64,000 bases of DNA, taken from Camelus dromedarius. Taxonomy: Eukaryota. The notes beneath the pieces were generated by a model, which did no database searches, was not told the DNA's origin, and saw only the letters and a list, made by a program, of their open reading frames with translations. Below, one piece after another: positions 1-10,990 of this stretch. The stretch's first letter is position 1, and every line of letters begins with the position of its first letter. Location of the stretch: the NCBI RefSeq assembly GCF_036321535.1, contig NC_087447.1, forward strand, positions 32,986,001 through 33,050,000, given 5' to 3'. The position numbers were made by a program, and so were the translations under genes.

Positions 1-170
1 GTGTCCCTACTCTGCCATTTACTAGCTATGAGGCTTGGACAAATTATATAATTTCTTACTGCCTTATTTTCTTCATCAATAAAAAGGAATAAACTCATAA
101 TGTTCCTGAGGATAAGATGAGTTAAAGAAATCATCAGCGTGAAATATGAGACAGAATATAAATTAACTAA
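1..170 (+). mobile_element. MIR SINE fragment
   Basis: ctctgccatttactagctatga...ttttcttcatcaataaaaagg resembles the MIR core. Confidence 0.6.
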
Positions 171-382
171 AATGCACTTTGCACAACTGTGGTCCTGACT
201 CCACTGACTACTGAAGGAAAACAAAGGACCTGGACTTTATTCCACGACTCTATTCTGCCTGTGTCCCAGCAAGTGAAGATGCATCACGCCACCCACGAGT
301 TGCCTCCAGGGTCGTTCCCTATAAGAATCACTTGTCACCGGGTCCCCTCATTCAGACGTCTGATTCTGAAGATCCAGCTGCC

Positions 383-384
<2 letters not shown>

Positions 385-442
<58 letters not shown>
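385..442. repeat. (TG)29 microsatellite
   Basis: Perfect dinucleotide run. Confidence 0.98.
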
Positions 443-445
<3 letters not shown>

Positions 446-3400
446 AAGCAGTGGTGAGAGATCCTGTACGTAAACATCACCACATTAACGTCTTCCAGTT
501 TAAAGGTAAGGAGAAATTGGAGAAGACAGAAAATCCACTTATCTTTCAATTATCTCAACTTTCTTCAGAGAATTTCAGCCTTATTACCTGAAATTTGAAT
601 CAAAGGTCAATTTCATCCCCTGTATTTTTCCTCATCTTCCTTTGCAAATGACTAACGCAGGGAGTGCAGGCGCAGAGGCTGAATGACTTTTGAAGGGGAA
701 AGGAATGCCCACAGAGGCCACCATTTATGAAGACAGCCACCTCACTGATTGCTAGGGAGGAGGCCTCACCCCACAGCTAGAGGCAATCATCACACCCGAG
801 GCAATAATCATTTTAGCACATCGCCTTGCTAGCAGCGCCAGTTTTCAAGCTCCATCTTTTCTTAACTTATTCCCAAGTCTAAACATGGTAGATCAACAAC
901 AGTGGAGGTACGGGCAGAAAAACAGACAGTCATCTTTGTCCTCCGTGGAGAATCAGTATGCATCCAGGGACACCTTGCATAGAGTTTTATTTTCTCTCTG
1001 AAGAAAGATATTTGCTTCCTGGCGAGTTGCAGCAGCAGGGGCTCCAGGAGGCCAAAACACTGCATACCTCATCATTGCAAGAGGCATGATTTCCTTGCAG
1101 ATACACAGCATCAGAAGTTGGTTTACCAGAAGGCTGCTCTCCATCTTTCCTGTACCTCCCCTACTCCCCAACTGGTGATGGAGAAGAAACTGAATGTTAA
1201 GGACCATGAAAACACCAGTTTCTGTGAATGGAACCTAATTAGCGGCAACTAAAATGTCGCTTGGCATAGGTCTCTGAGTACCAGACACATGGCTCCTATT
1301 TCTGCTTTCAACCCTTGGTACCAGAGAATGGAGTAACTCCATCACCTCTTGTCCTACCTAACCTTCTTTTTGTAACACAAGTGGAAGGCAGAAGTTAGGC
1401 AAAGTAAGTGACTAAAAGCCTGGGTACTGAGTTGTCATCAAAAGGAGGGACATCCCAGTGACACAGTTACTACCCTGGAGCCTTCTGGTAAAAGTAGGGG
1501 AAAAAAAGGGAGAAAATGAAAAGGAGAAGCCAAACAATCAAACGTAAGAAACAGATCAATAAACCCAACATCACCCTTACATTTTTAATCTGGACGTGCA
1601 CAGATTCAACAAGAAGAGAAACTTGTCCATAGGACTGCTAAAAAACGAGATAGCCTGGTGTTATCAAGCCTCATACCAAGAAATCCAATCCTTTTTAAGT
1701 CTGGAAAAGAGGCACTTACCCCACTCTGCCTAAATCACTTGTTTCTCTCCAGGGCAACTGGCTTCCAGGAAACCAAACAGTACACCTCTGAACATGACTG
1801 GCCAGTCAAGGTTCATCTACCCACGTTTCTGTGGACTTCCCCTCTGTAAAGCTGCTGAGATCAAAGGCAAGGGAAGGTGGAGGAAACGATACTCCATTTG
1901 TGCTGTCAAGCACCAGTTCAGTGTCCTCAGTCAGAGCTCCAGCTGACTCTAGTCTCAGTTGTAACAGCCCTGAAGGAGTGAGGAGCATTTACTTGACACA
2001 GTTAACGAAGTGATTCAGGAGCTGCTTTGGGATTATCTTGACCCCTCTGGTTTCTCTTCCTTTTTTTTTTTTTTTCCCAGGGGGAGGGGGATCTCTTTCT
2101 GAGGTTGAACAGAAGGAAGGAGCTGGAAATTGCCCTTGTCAGCACGTTTTTCATTTAAAAGCTAAGGGTGGGGATTGCGAGAAGCCCTGCACGGGGATGG
2201 GTTGGAACTATTCTGGTATTATCTGTGGAATCCTCTATCCAATGTCACCCTTATTAAGATTTGATAATCAAAGACTCATTTTCAAAGAGCCCCATTCTCA
2301 TTTCATAAAATGTCCTTTAAAATCCAAAGGATACCGTGAAAATAAAAATGCACTGAAGAAAAAGAGTGGTATGTTTATGAAATGTCTGGAGATTTCTTAT
2401 CAAAGCAAAAAAGAGCTTGGGAGAAGAGAAGGGCTTATAGGGCATCATATAAACCAAATCACACCCGGGTTTCTCTTCTGTGGTCTCAGTGGTTCTTACG
2501 CTGTGATCCACGGATGCCCATGAGTCAAATGGATAGACTTTAGTGGGTCACTAAAATCCTTTCCTCATTCTCCGCACAGTCACGGTATATCTGCAAATAC
2601 TTCTGGGGAGATTATTCAGAGCTTCCATCAACCCCCCAAAGTGGAGTGTGGATATGAAGCAAAAAATGTTAAAAAAAAAAAAAAACAAAAACCAAAAAAA
2701 CCCTGCATACTCTATTCCCACCAGGTATTTCTTCCTTGACCCACCCTCTTGCCAACCCCTCCTTCATAAAAATATTCACATTAACTTGATTTCCGGAGAC
2801 CCTTTATCAGACCCAGTGGCACAGAACTCAAGCATCTTCCACCTGCTTCAAGCCTATTAAGCACATAATTAGTCTCTCTGGACGATAATCACATTTGCTC
2901 AAGTTCATGAATTTCTTTCTCCCTAATCTCTAATTCCGGGTAGGTTTGAGTCATAAGGCTTCTGAAAGACCAGTCTGTCATTAAATGGAGGACCATAAAG
3001 ATTTTACTACCACCGTGAGCGACAAAAGCCTTGATTGTACTATTGCTGCCTCTGTAGGAGGAATATAAACAGAAGTGCTGCTCACACGCCCTCACGGAGG
3101 CCGCCGTGCCTCCTGACAGCTGATGAAACATGCCGGGAATTTTACCTCTAGAGGGACTGATTCAAATTGTGACAGGTCAGGGGAAGAAATAAATGCTGAT
3201 ATCTAGCCTCGGAAAATATTCTTCTACATCAGAAGGAATGGCTTTGCCACTGCACACAGATGGCAGACAACTAAGATTTGAGGAGGATGGGGGACAAGGC
3301 AGCTGACGTGCCTTGGAACAGGAGTGCAGACAAATACGGACCAAAAGAGAGAGAACCAGAAACCAGATGTCGGAAGACCCGGGTTCTGGCTTTAGTCTTG

Positions 3401-4504
3401 TTACCAACCCAGTGTGAGGATTAGGCAAGACACGTAACCTCTCTGGGACTCAGGATTCATAAAAGCAAGATGGGGAAATAGGATTTGATTGAAAGTTTAT
3501 TTATGCTCATCCTTCTAAGCAGTCAAACTCCTTCAAATCTAACCTTATATAAAAGAACCTAATACCTAGAAGCTGGAAGGGTCGAAGCGAAGTTTCTATG
3601 ATTCACACTGGGATAGGTACTGAAAGCCTGTTTGCTGTATCTCAGCTCCACCCTCAGCAATCCTTGACAGTCTTTCTCTCCCCTCCATCATATAGTTTCA
3701 AAACCATTATCATCACAGGTGCCTCATCCAGATTTGACATCCGGGGTGATGGTTTATCTCGCATCCCCTTTCTGAGAATTCTGGATGACTCAGCAGTCTT
3801 GAACAGCGTCACAAGGTGATGCTGATACTCAAAACAGTGACAGCAAGCCACTGCAAGGGACCGAGGGGGCCTCGAAATTGACAGTCAAGAGTTCTAATAG
3901 CTTTAATTAATTTTCTCATGTGTTTCGTTATCGCACACTTTTTTTTTTATCATTGGAAGTACCATGTTACCCAGAATACGCCACTCCAGACCTATCAGTA
4001 AGGAAAGAGGTGGACTGTGATCAGGGGCTAGGGTCACTGCCCGGGACGTCTGTGGAACTAGAGGCTTACTTCCAACAGCCTGTGATACCTCCTCGTCGGC
4101 TAAGGATTGCAAAGTGATTCAGGGGCAAGAGTCAGGCCTGCGCAGGGGTGGGCAGGTGAGACTCGGGAGAGGTCCCGAAGCAGAACCAGACCTGCACATC
4201 CTTCTCTCAGCCCTTTTCCTCTTGACCTGACCTTGCCCTACTCCCACCATGTCACACACAAGCCCCGCTCCCCCGCACCCTCGGCGGGAGTCCTACTGGA
4301 AGGGCTCATATTCCATCTGCTGGTGTTTCTAAGTGATTTGGGGGGTTTTCTATCTCTGGGAGCTTTTCAAAGGAGGCAAACATTTCCAAGGTTAACACGG
4401 GATTTCTTCCTGATACTTCATTTCCCATGAACTCATTCCCTCCAAACAAAAAGTACAGGTGTTCAAGCCTCAACATTTGCTTCATTGCACTGAACGTGGA
4501 CATC

Positions 4505-4720
4505 GAAATCAGAAAGACGGGGGCTCAGATTTTGCCTCAGTCACTGACTGGGTGATTCTGAACTTACTCAACTTCTCTAGACTTCAGTGTCTTTCCTTGT
4601 AAATGACCCATCTCATGGAATTAATCGGAGCATTGAAACAGGTAAGGATAAATACACTTGGTTTAGTGCCTCATACACAGTGGGCACTCAGAAATCATAG
4701 CTGCTATTATTTAATAACAA
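4505..4720 (+). mobile_element. MIR SINE
   Basis: cagtcactgactgggtgattctgaacttactcaacttctctagacttcagt...cagtgggcactcagaaat follows the MIR consensus. Confidence 0.7.
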
Positions 4721-4834
4721 TAAATAATAATGTCCATTTATCTATAAATTTACTGAATACAATGCAAACAAAATTACTGACTTTCCTGCAGTATGACCCA
4801 GCCTATCTCAGTAGCTTCACCTGAATCCCACCTC

Positions 4835-5020
4835 TGTCAGATCTTGTCTTTATTAAAATTTGATATTTTATTCATAGCATATTTTTTGCATTAATTTTGA
4901 TTTTCAAAAAAAATATTTCACTAGAATATTATTTATCTTGATTACTGAGTTTATTGGCAACCTCTTAAATCTTGCATGTGAAGTGAGCGTGCCCCTCACC
5001 TCACTGTAATTTCACTGCTG
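4835..5020. mobile_element. hAT MITE fragment (MER96B-like)
   Basis: gatcttgtctttattaaaatttgatattt...ttgattactgagttt...cctcacctcac resembles the MER96B arm. Confidence 0.55.
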
Positions 5021-5224
5021 CTACGGCCCCAGGTAAATTTTTTTTGATATGGAAATGGTATTTTATTTTTCAACATTCTTTAATACTCTTTTTTAGAGGA
5101 ACAATAGGAAATGATTTTTATGTCAAGAAAAAAGTGATTTTTAAAATGTATATACAGTTTTATATTCTGCTTTGCCACCTAACATAATGCTGGGAGCATT
5201 TCACATGTCTTTATTTTTTTAAAA

Positions 5225-5330
5225 ACACCTTTATCATGGTATGATTCATGTAAAGTACACATATTTCAGATGTACAATTTGATGAATTTTAATAGCTGTA
5301 TACACCAATGAAACCACTGCCACAATCAAG
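5225..5330 (-). mobile_element. Old L1M 3' fragment, interrupted by the younger L1 (resumes at 6328-6356)
   Basis: tgtacaatttgatgaatttt...accactgccacaatcaag | ctaacatttccatctctcccca is a contiguous old-L1 3'UTR motif split by the insertion. Confidence 0.65.
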
Positions 5331-6327
5331 AACCCAATCCAAAAATGGGCAGAAGACCTAAACAAGTAATTCTCCAATGAGGACATCCACATGGCCAATA
5401 CGTACATGAAAAAAATGCTCAATATCACTAATTATCAGAGAAAAGCAAAACAAAACTACAAATGAGGTATCACCTCATACCAGTCAGAATGGCCATCATT
5501 CAAAAGTCCATGAACGATAAATGCTGGAGAGGATTTGGAGAAAAGGGAACCCTCCTACACTGCTGGTGGGAATGTAGTTTGGTGCAGCCATTATGGAAAA
5601 CAGTATAGAGATTCCTCAAAAAACTAAAAATAGACTTACCATATGATCCAGCAATCCTACTATCTGGACGGAACTATAATTCAAAAAGATACATGCACCC
5701 TAGTGTTCATAGCAGCACTGTATATAATAGCCAAGACACAGAAGCAACCTAAATGTCCACTGATTACAGATGACTGGAAAAAGAAGTTGTGGTATATTTA
5801 TACAATGGAATACTACTCAGCCATAAAAATAATAAAATAATGCCATTTGCAGCAACATGGATGGACCTGGAGAATATCATTCTAAGTGAAGTAAGCCAGA
5901 AAGAGAAAGAAAAATACCATATGATATCACTCATATGTGGAATCTAAACTGGAATAATAAAAAAAATGACACTCTGAACTCATCTGTAAAACAGAAACAG
6001 ACTCAGACATAGTAAACAATTTAATGGTTACTGAGGTAAGAGGGTGGGAAGGGATAAATTTGGGAATTTGAGATTTACAAATGTTAGCCACTATATATAA
6101 AAATAGATTTTTTTCAAAAGTTTCTTCTACATAGCACAGTAAACTATGTTCAATACTTTGTAATAATCTTTAACGAAAAAATATGAAAATGAAGATAGTA
6201 TGTATATGCATGACTGGGACATTGTGCTGTACACTAGAAATTGACACATTGTAACTGACTGTACTTCAATTAAAAAAAAACATCAAAAATTTGGAAATAA
6301 AGCAAAAAAAAAAAAAAAAAAAAAAAA
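5331..6327 (+). mobile_element. 5'-truncated camelid-type L1 (ORF2 C-terminus, 3'UTR, poly-A)
   Basis: aacccaatccaaaaatgggcagaagacct..., ORF2 tail WKKKLWYIYTMEYYSAIK, 3'UTR and A24 tail. Confidence 0.93.
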
Positions 6328-6356
6328 GCTAACATTTCCATCTCTCCCCAAGAGGT

Positions 6357-6587
6357 GCAAATTTCGAACTCCCAATTTATCCCTTCCCACCCCCCTTACC
6401 GTCTAGTAAGTTTTTTCTCTATGTCTGTGAGTCTGTTTATGTTTTGTAGATAAGTTCATTTGTGTCCTTTTTCTTTAGATTCCACATATGAATGATATCA
6501 TACAGTATTTTTCTTTCTGACTTACTTCACTTAGAATGACAATCTCTACTCAGCCATAAAAAAGAATAAAATAATGCCATTTGCACC
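6357..6587 (-). mobile_element. Camelid-type L1 3'UTR fragment with 5' inversion; poly-A end missing
   Basis: 6357-6547 is the reverse complement of the same 3'UTR; about 6548-6587 (tactcagccataaaaaagaataaaataatgccatttgca) is in the opposite orientation. Confidence 0.85.
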
Positions 6588-6965
6588 AAATAAATTTTTA
6601 ACACAAACCTCCACTAGGTGTTTTAATTCTATCTCACCCCAACTAGGGTTTACTGTGAGTTATTGCCATTGGTAGGTGTATATTAACGTAGAGGTGTGAA
6701 CATTGAAGTCAGTGCCTGGAAATAAACACTCCTCAAAGTTGTGGTTTCAACAAAGGAACTCTTGAAACCGGACAGCACAGAAAAGCCCACAAACAGGTTT
6801 ACAAGACCTCAATGAAACCACAAAGTCTCCTTTGCTTGTTTTCTCTTCCCTCTCTCTCTTCCCCACACCTCATATATGATAGGATACCAACATTTCTTTA
6901 TCTCATTTTCTTTTTCTTAAATGCCTACTGTATGACAGACATTACACTAGAGCACTTTACAAGTG

Positions 6966-7476
6966 CAGGCAAACCCTGAAGACACTGCAAGTTCGGTTCC
7001 AGAACACTGCAATAAAGTGAATAGCACAATAAAGCGAGTCACACAAATTTTCCAGTTTCCCAGTGCATGTAAAAGTTACATTTACACTACACTGTAGTCT
7101 ATTAGGTGTGCAATAACATTACAACTGAAAAAAACAATGTATATACCTTAATTAAAAAATATCTTACTGATTAAAAAAAGGCTAACCATCATCTGAACTT
7201 TCTGTGTGTCACACTAATAACATCAAAGACTACTGACCACAGATCATCATGGCAAAAATATAATCACAATGAAAACATTTGAAATACTGCGAGAGTTATC
7301 AAAAAGTGACACCGAGACACGAAACGACCATATGCTACCGGATGAATGGTGCCTACAGACTTGCTAGGCGCAGGGTTGCCACAAACCTTCAATTTGTGAA
7401 AAGAAAAAACAAAACAAACAAAAAAAACAGTATCTGCAAAGGAGCAATGAAGTGAAATAAAAACAAGGCATGCCTG
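6966..7476 (-). mobile_element. Tigger1-derived MITE (Tigger1a_Art-like) inserted in a MIR
   Basis: TIR-like ends caggcaaacc...ggcatgcctg followed by TA; both Tigger1 termini with an internal deletion; flanks 6920-6965 and 7477-7630 form one MIR. Confidence 0.85.
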
Positions 7477-9479
7477 TATCTCATTTAATTCTCTCAACCT
7501 TACAGATTAGGTGTTACTTTCTTCATATGCAGATGGGGAGGGTGAGAAGCACACAATCCTATACCCCCCCTGAGGTTATGATACTAATTCAGGAGGGACG
7601 CGGGCAGTCTGACTCCCAGACTGGTGCTATTAAGAGAAATAAACTGGCCAGGATATATTCTCTTCAGAAAGTATTACCATATATGCGATCTGTGGAGAAT
7701 GAGGAAGGGAACTCTGGGTTTATATTCAGCCAATTCCCTCTTAAACTAAATTGCTATTTACCAGCCACCAGCCCTAGTGTCTCTAATCCCACAGAAACGG
7801 CTCACACACGCCGTGTGCTCCAGTGCAGGGAGCTGGCCAGACACACTACACCATGGGGACCTCATGGTAGGTAGGCAACCTTGTATCAAATGTTCTCTCC
7901 ACTGAGACAAGGAAGATGCAAATCATTTTTGTGATCAAACAGCATGATGCTTTTAAATAGGTAGAGATTACATATTGCATCTTACTGCTGAAGGTCTCAA
8001 TAAAGATATCATAAACAGCAAACCACACGTGTAACAAATCACACTTAACTGTGACTGGTGTCTGATTTATGTTAGGTTATAAATAATTGAATCATGTGAT
8101 TATGGGGTTGGAATGGAGCCCAGACCAGAAAATGTAAAGAAGAAGCAAAAAATAAAAGTAAAAAAGATGAAGAAATCAATCTCTCTTTTTCTTTTCCTTC
8201 TTTTCCCCCTACCCCACTCCATCTCTCAGTTTTAGAGCAAAACCTGATGGAACCTGAAATTTACTCAGGATGTATTCTCTCAGTTGGCAATGCACTTTGC
8301 AAAGTAACTAAAGGTTTCTCAGTTTGCTGTAGAATGGAAATGAAATGAAAGACATAAGTTCTGAATACTCGATGCACCATAGACATTAATCATCTTGTTC
8401 CCTCAAACAGATTTTTTTCTTGTGTCTGTGGGATGGAACAATGGAAAAGGAAAAGCAACTGACATTTCCATTGTGTCAGAAGGAAAAAAGAAATCCCATA
8501 TGAAGAAGGGAGAAAGCACTGCAATGCAGAAAGTAGCTAAAAGCAGTGATAAAGCAAGCTCGTTTTTTTGAATAGTCATCTGAAACATGTATTTGCTATA
8601 AAAATTATTTTCAACGGAAATGAAATTTTAATGTAATGATTTTATGTCCTAAATTTAAAAATGCAAAACCAATTTAAGTGGTGCTGTCTTTTCCTGCCAT
8701 TCATTCCTTCCTGTCTTGTTCATTTTTTGTGTGCTCACTGTCATGTGTGGATGTGTGTGTATATAAGAGAGGGACATACAACATGTTCCTCCAAATGTCA
8801 CGTTATGACCTGTAAGAAGGCGACAGATTTCATCCAGGCCAGCATCTGCTCACCTAAGATAAAATCTGACCAGCTATACTGGGAATAAAGGTCTTACCAA
8901 ATAACAACCTTACGACCAGCAGATTGGAAATTCATGCTCACATGAAAACACGACTCCTTTAATGTTTCTATTCTTTAACAGGTTAGTTGCTCTTTTAATA
9001 ATGTAGCTTCCTTACCTCTATAAGTAGAGCTCTTGGGAAGTTGTAGCAAAAGAACTCAAAGCTTTGGAGCATTTGTCCTTCTTTCCTGTTCATCCTAAAA
9101 ACAGTGTCCTGACCTATGAAAATGGAGAACAGGGGGAGAGGCAGGCCCCAGCAAACGCTCTGGAAATCTCCCTACCGCTGTGCGGAGCTCAGTGCCAAGT
9201 ACCAGGAATGAAGAGCAGCAGGAGCTGCCACAAGAAGGATGCCAGTCCGGTTTCATTTTGTACGATGACCCCAGTCAGCTGGGAGTGGCCTCCTGGAGGG
9301 CGACTTTAGGAAGGATTATGAGGTAGTCCCTGGGATCCCAGGAAAGAAAGCTGGGGTCGAATCAAGCTGACCTTCATGGGCACAATAATTACATAATGTC
9401 AACTACTTGCCACCCCTGTATGAGCAAGTAACAATCCGCTGTATCACAAGAAAAGGAAGAAAAGTTTGATTAGAAGCCT

Positions 9480-10130
9480 ATAAAAAAGCATTTTCTAAGA
9501 TTCTAAGGAGAGCAAGGTCATGTCCAACTAGAAGAATGAGGTAATACTTTACGGAGGAGAAAGCGTTTGAAATGGACCATAGAAAGATGACAGGGTCTCA
9601 GTTGGTAAAGAAGAGGAAAGGTCTTTTGGGGCAGAGGAAACTGTAGAAATAAAAGCATAGAAGCAGCATTGTTCAAGGATTACTTGGAGAAATAACGAGT
9701 AGCTTTGTTCAGTAAGAGAGCAGGGTAAACATGAGGCAGACGAGGGATGAAGTAGGAAAGTTAATTTAGGGAGGTAGCGGGTAAGACACGTGTGCCAGTG
9801 TAAAAGCGTATTATCCGTCTTGGCAGGTAGTGGGGATCTACAGAGGAATTCTGAGTAGAGTAACATAATCATAACTGGGCTTTGGAATGATAAATCTGGC
9901 AAATAATTCATACAATAAATTTGATGGCAATCTTCAGAGAAAAGAGAGAAACTTGCCACTGCAACCCTATAAATGAGGGAGATTGGGAGCTGGAGTTAAA
10001 GGTAGAATGAATATTTCAAAAGAAATTCAGATAATTTATTGGATGTCAATAATGCAAAATAAGTAATTTTTTAAAAAGATTCAGCTTTTGAGTCTGAATA
10101 ATAAAAAAGTAGCATTAATAGAAATAAGGA
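9480..10130 (-). mobile_element. L2 LINE fragment
   Basis: Purine-rich degenerate L2 pattern on the plus strand. Confidence 0.5.
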
Positions 10131-10476
10131 GATACTTTAGTGAGACGGCTAATTGCCTAATTCTGGAGTCAGACACAGTTTGAAATGACCTTGAATAAGA
10201 TGCTTGATTTCCCTAAGCCTCATTGTTTCATCTGTACAAAGAGTAAAATCCTTACCACATAAGGATGCTTTGAGATTGAGAAGTTAATCGAAGTGAAGCA
10301 ATAAGTAATACCATAATTAGGAGAGAATAATCACTCAATTATCTACTTCATGTGCTAATTATTTTTTACTAGAAAAATCAGGAAAAGAAATGTCTCAACC
10401 GGGAATAATTTGGCTTACAAAGGAGGAAACTCCACTTAAGTAAATTCAAGGGACAGAACGATCAATGAAAAACATA

Positions 10477-10990
10477 CATTGTATGAATGTACCACAACTT
10501 CTTTATCCAATCATGTGTCGATGGACATTTAAGGTTGCCATTTGCAGCAATATAGATGGACCTAGAGATCATCATTCTAAGTGAAGTAAGCCAGAAAAAG
10601 AAAGAAAAATAACATATATCACTCATATGTGGAATCTAAAAAAAAAAAAAGAAAGAAAGAAAAAAAAAAGGACACTAATGAACTCATCTACAAAACAGAA
10701 ACAGACTCAGACATAGTGAACAATCTTATGGTTACTGGGGGAAAGGGAGTGGGAAGGGATAAATCTGGGGGTTTGAGATTTGCAAATGTTATCCTATATA
10801 TATATAAACAGATAAAAAACAAATTTCTTCTGTACAGCACAGGGAACCATTTTCAGTATCTTATAACAACCTTTAATGAAAAATAATATGAGAACGAATG
10901 CATGTATGTATATGCCTGACTGGGGCATTGTGCTGTACACCAGAAATGGACATGCTGTAACTGACTGTACTTCAATTAAAAAAAAAAAAA
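10477..10990 (+). mobile_element. Camelid-type L1 3' end with twin-priming 5' inversion
   Basis: 10477-10539 is inverted ORF2 sequence; then gccatttgcagca..., 3'UTR and poly-A to 10990. Confidence 0.9.

Noticed and set aside
189..549. Cys-Val and Thr-His repeat ORFs
   Set aside because: Translations of the (TG)29 microsatellite.
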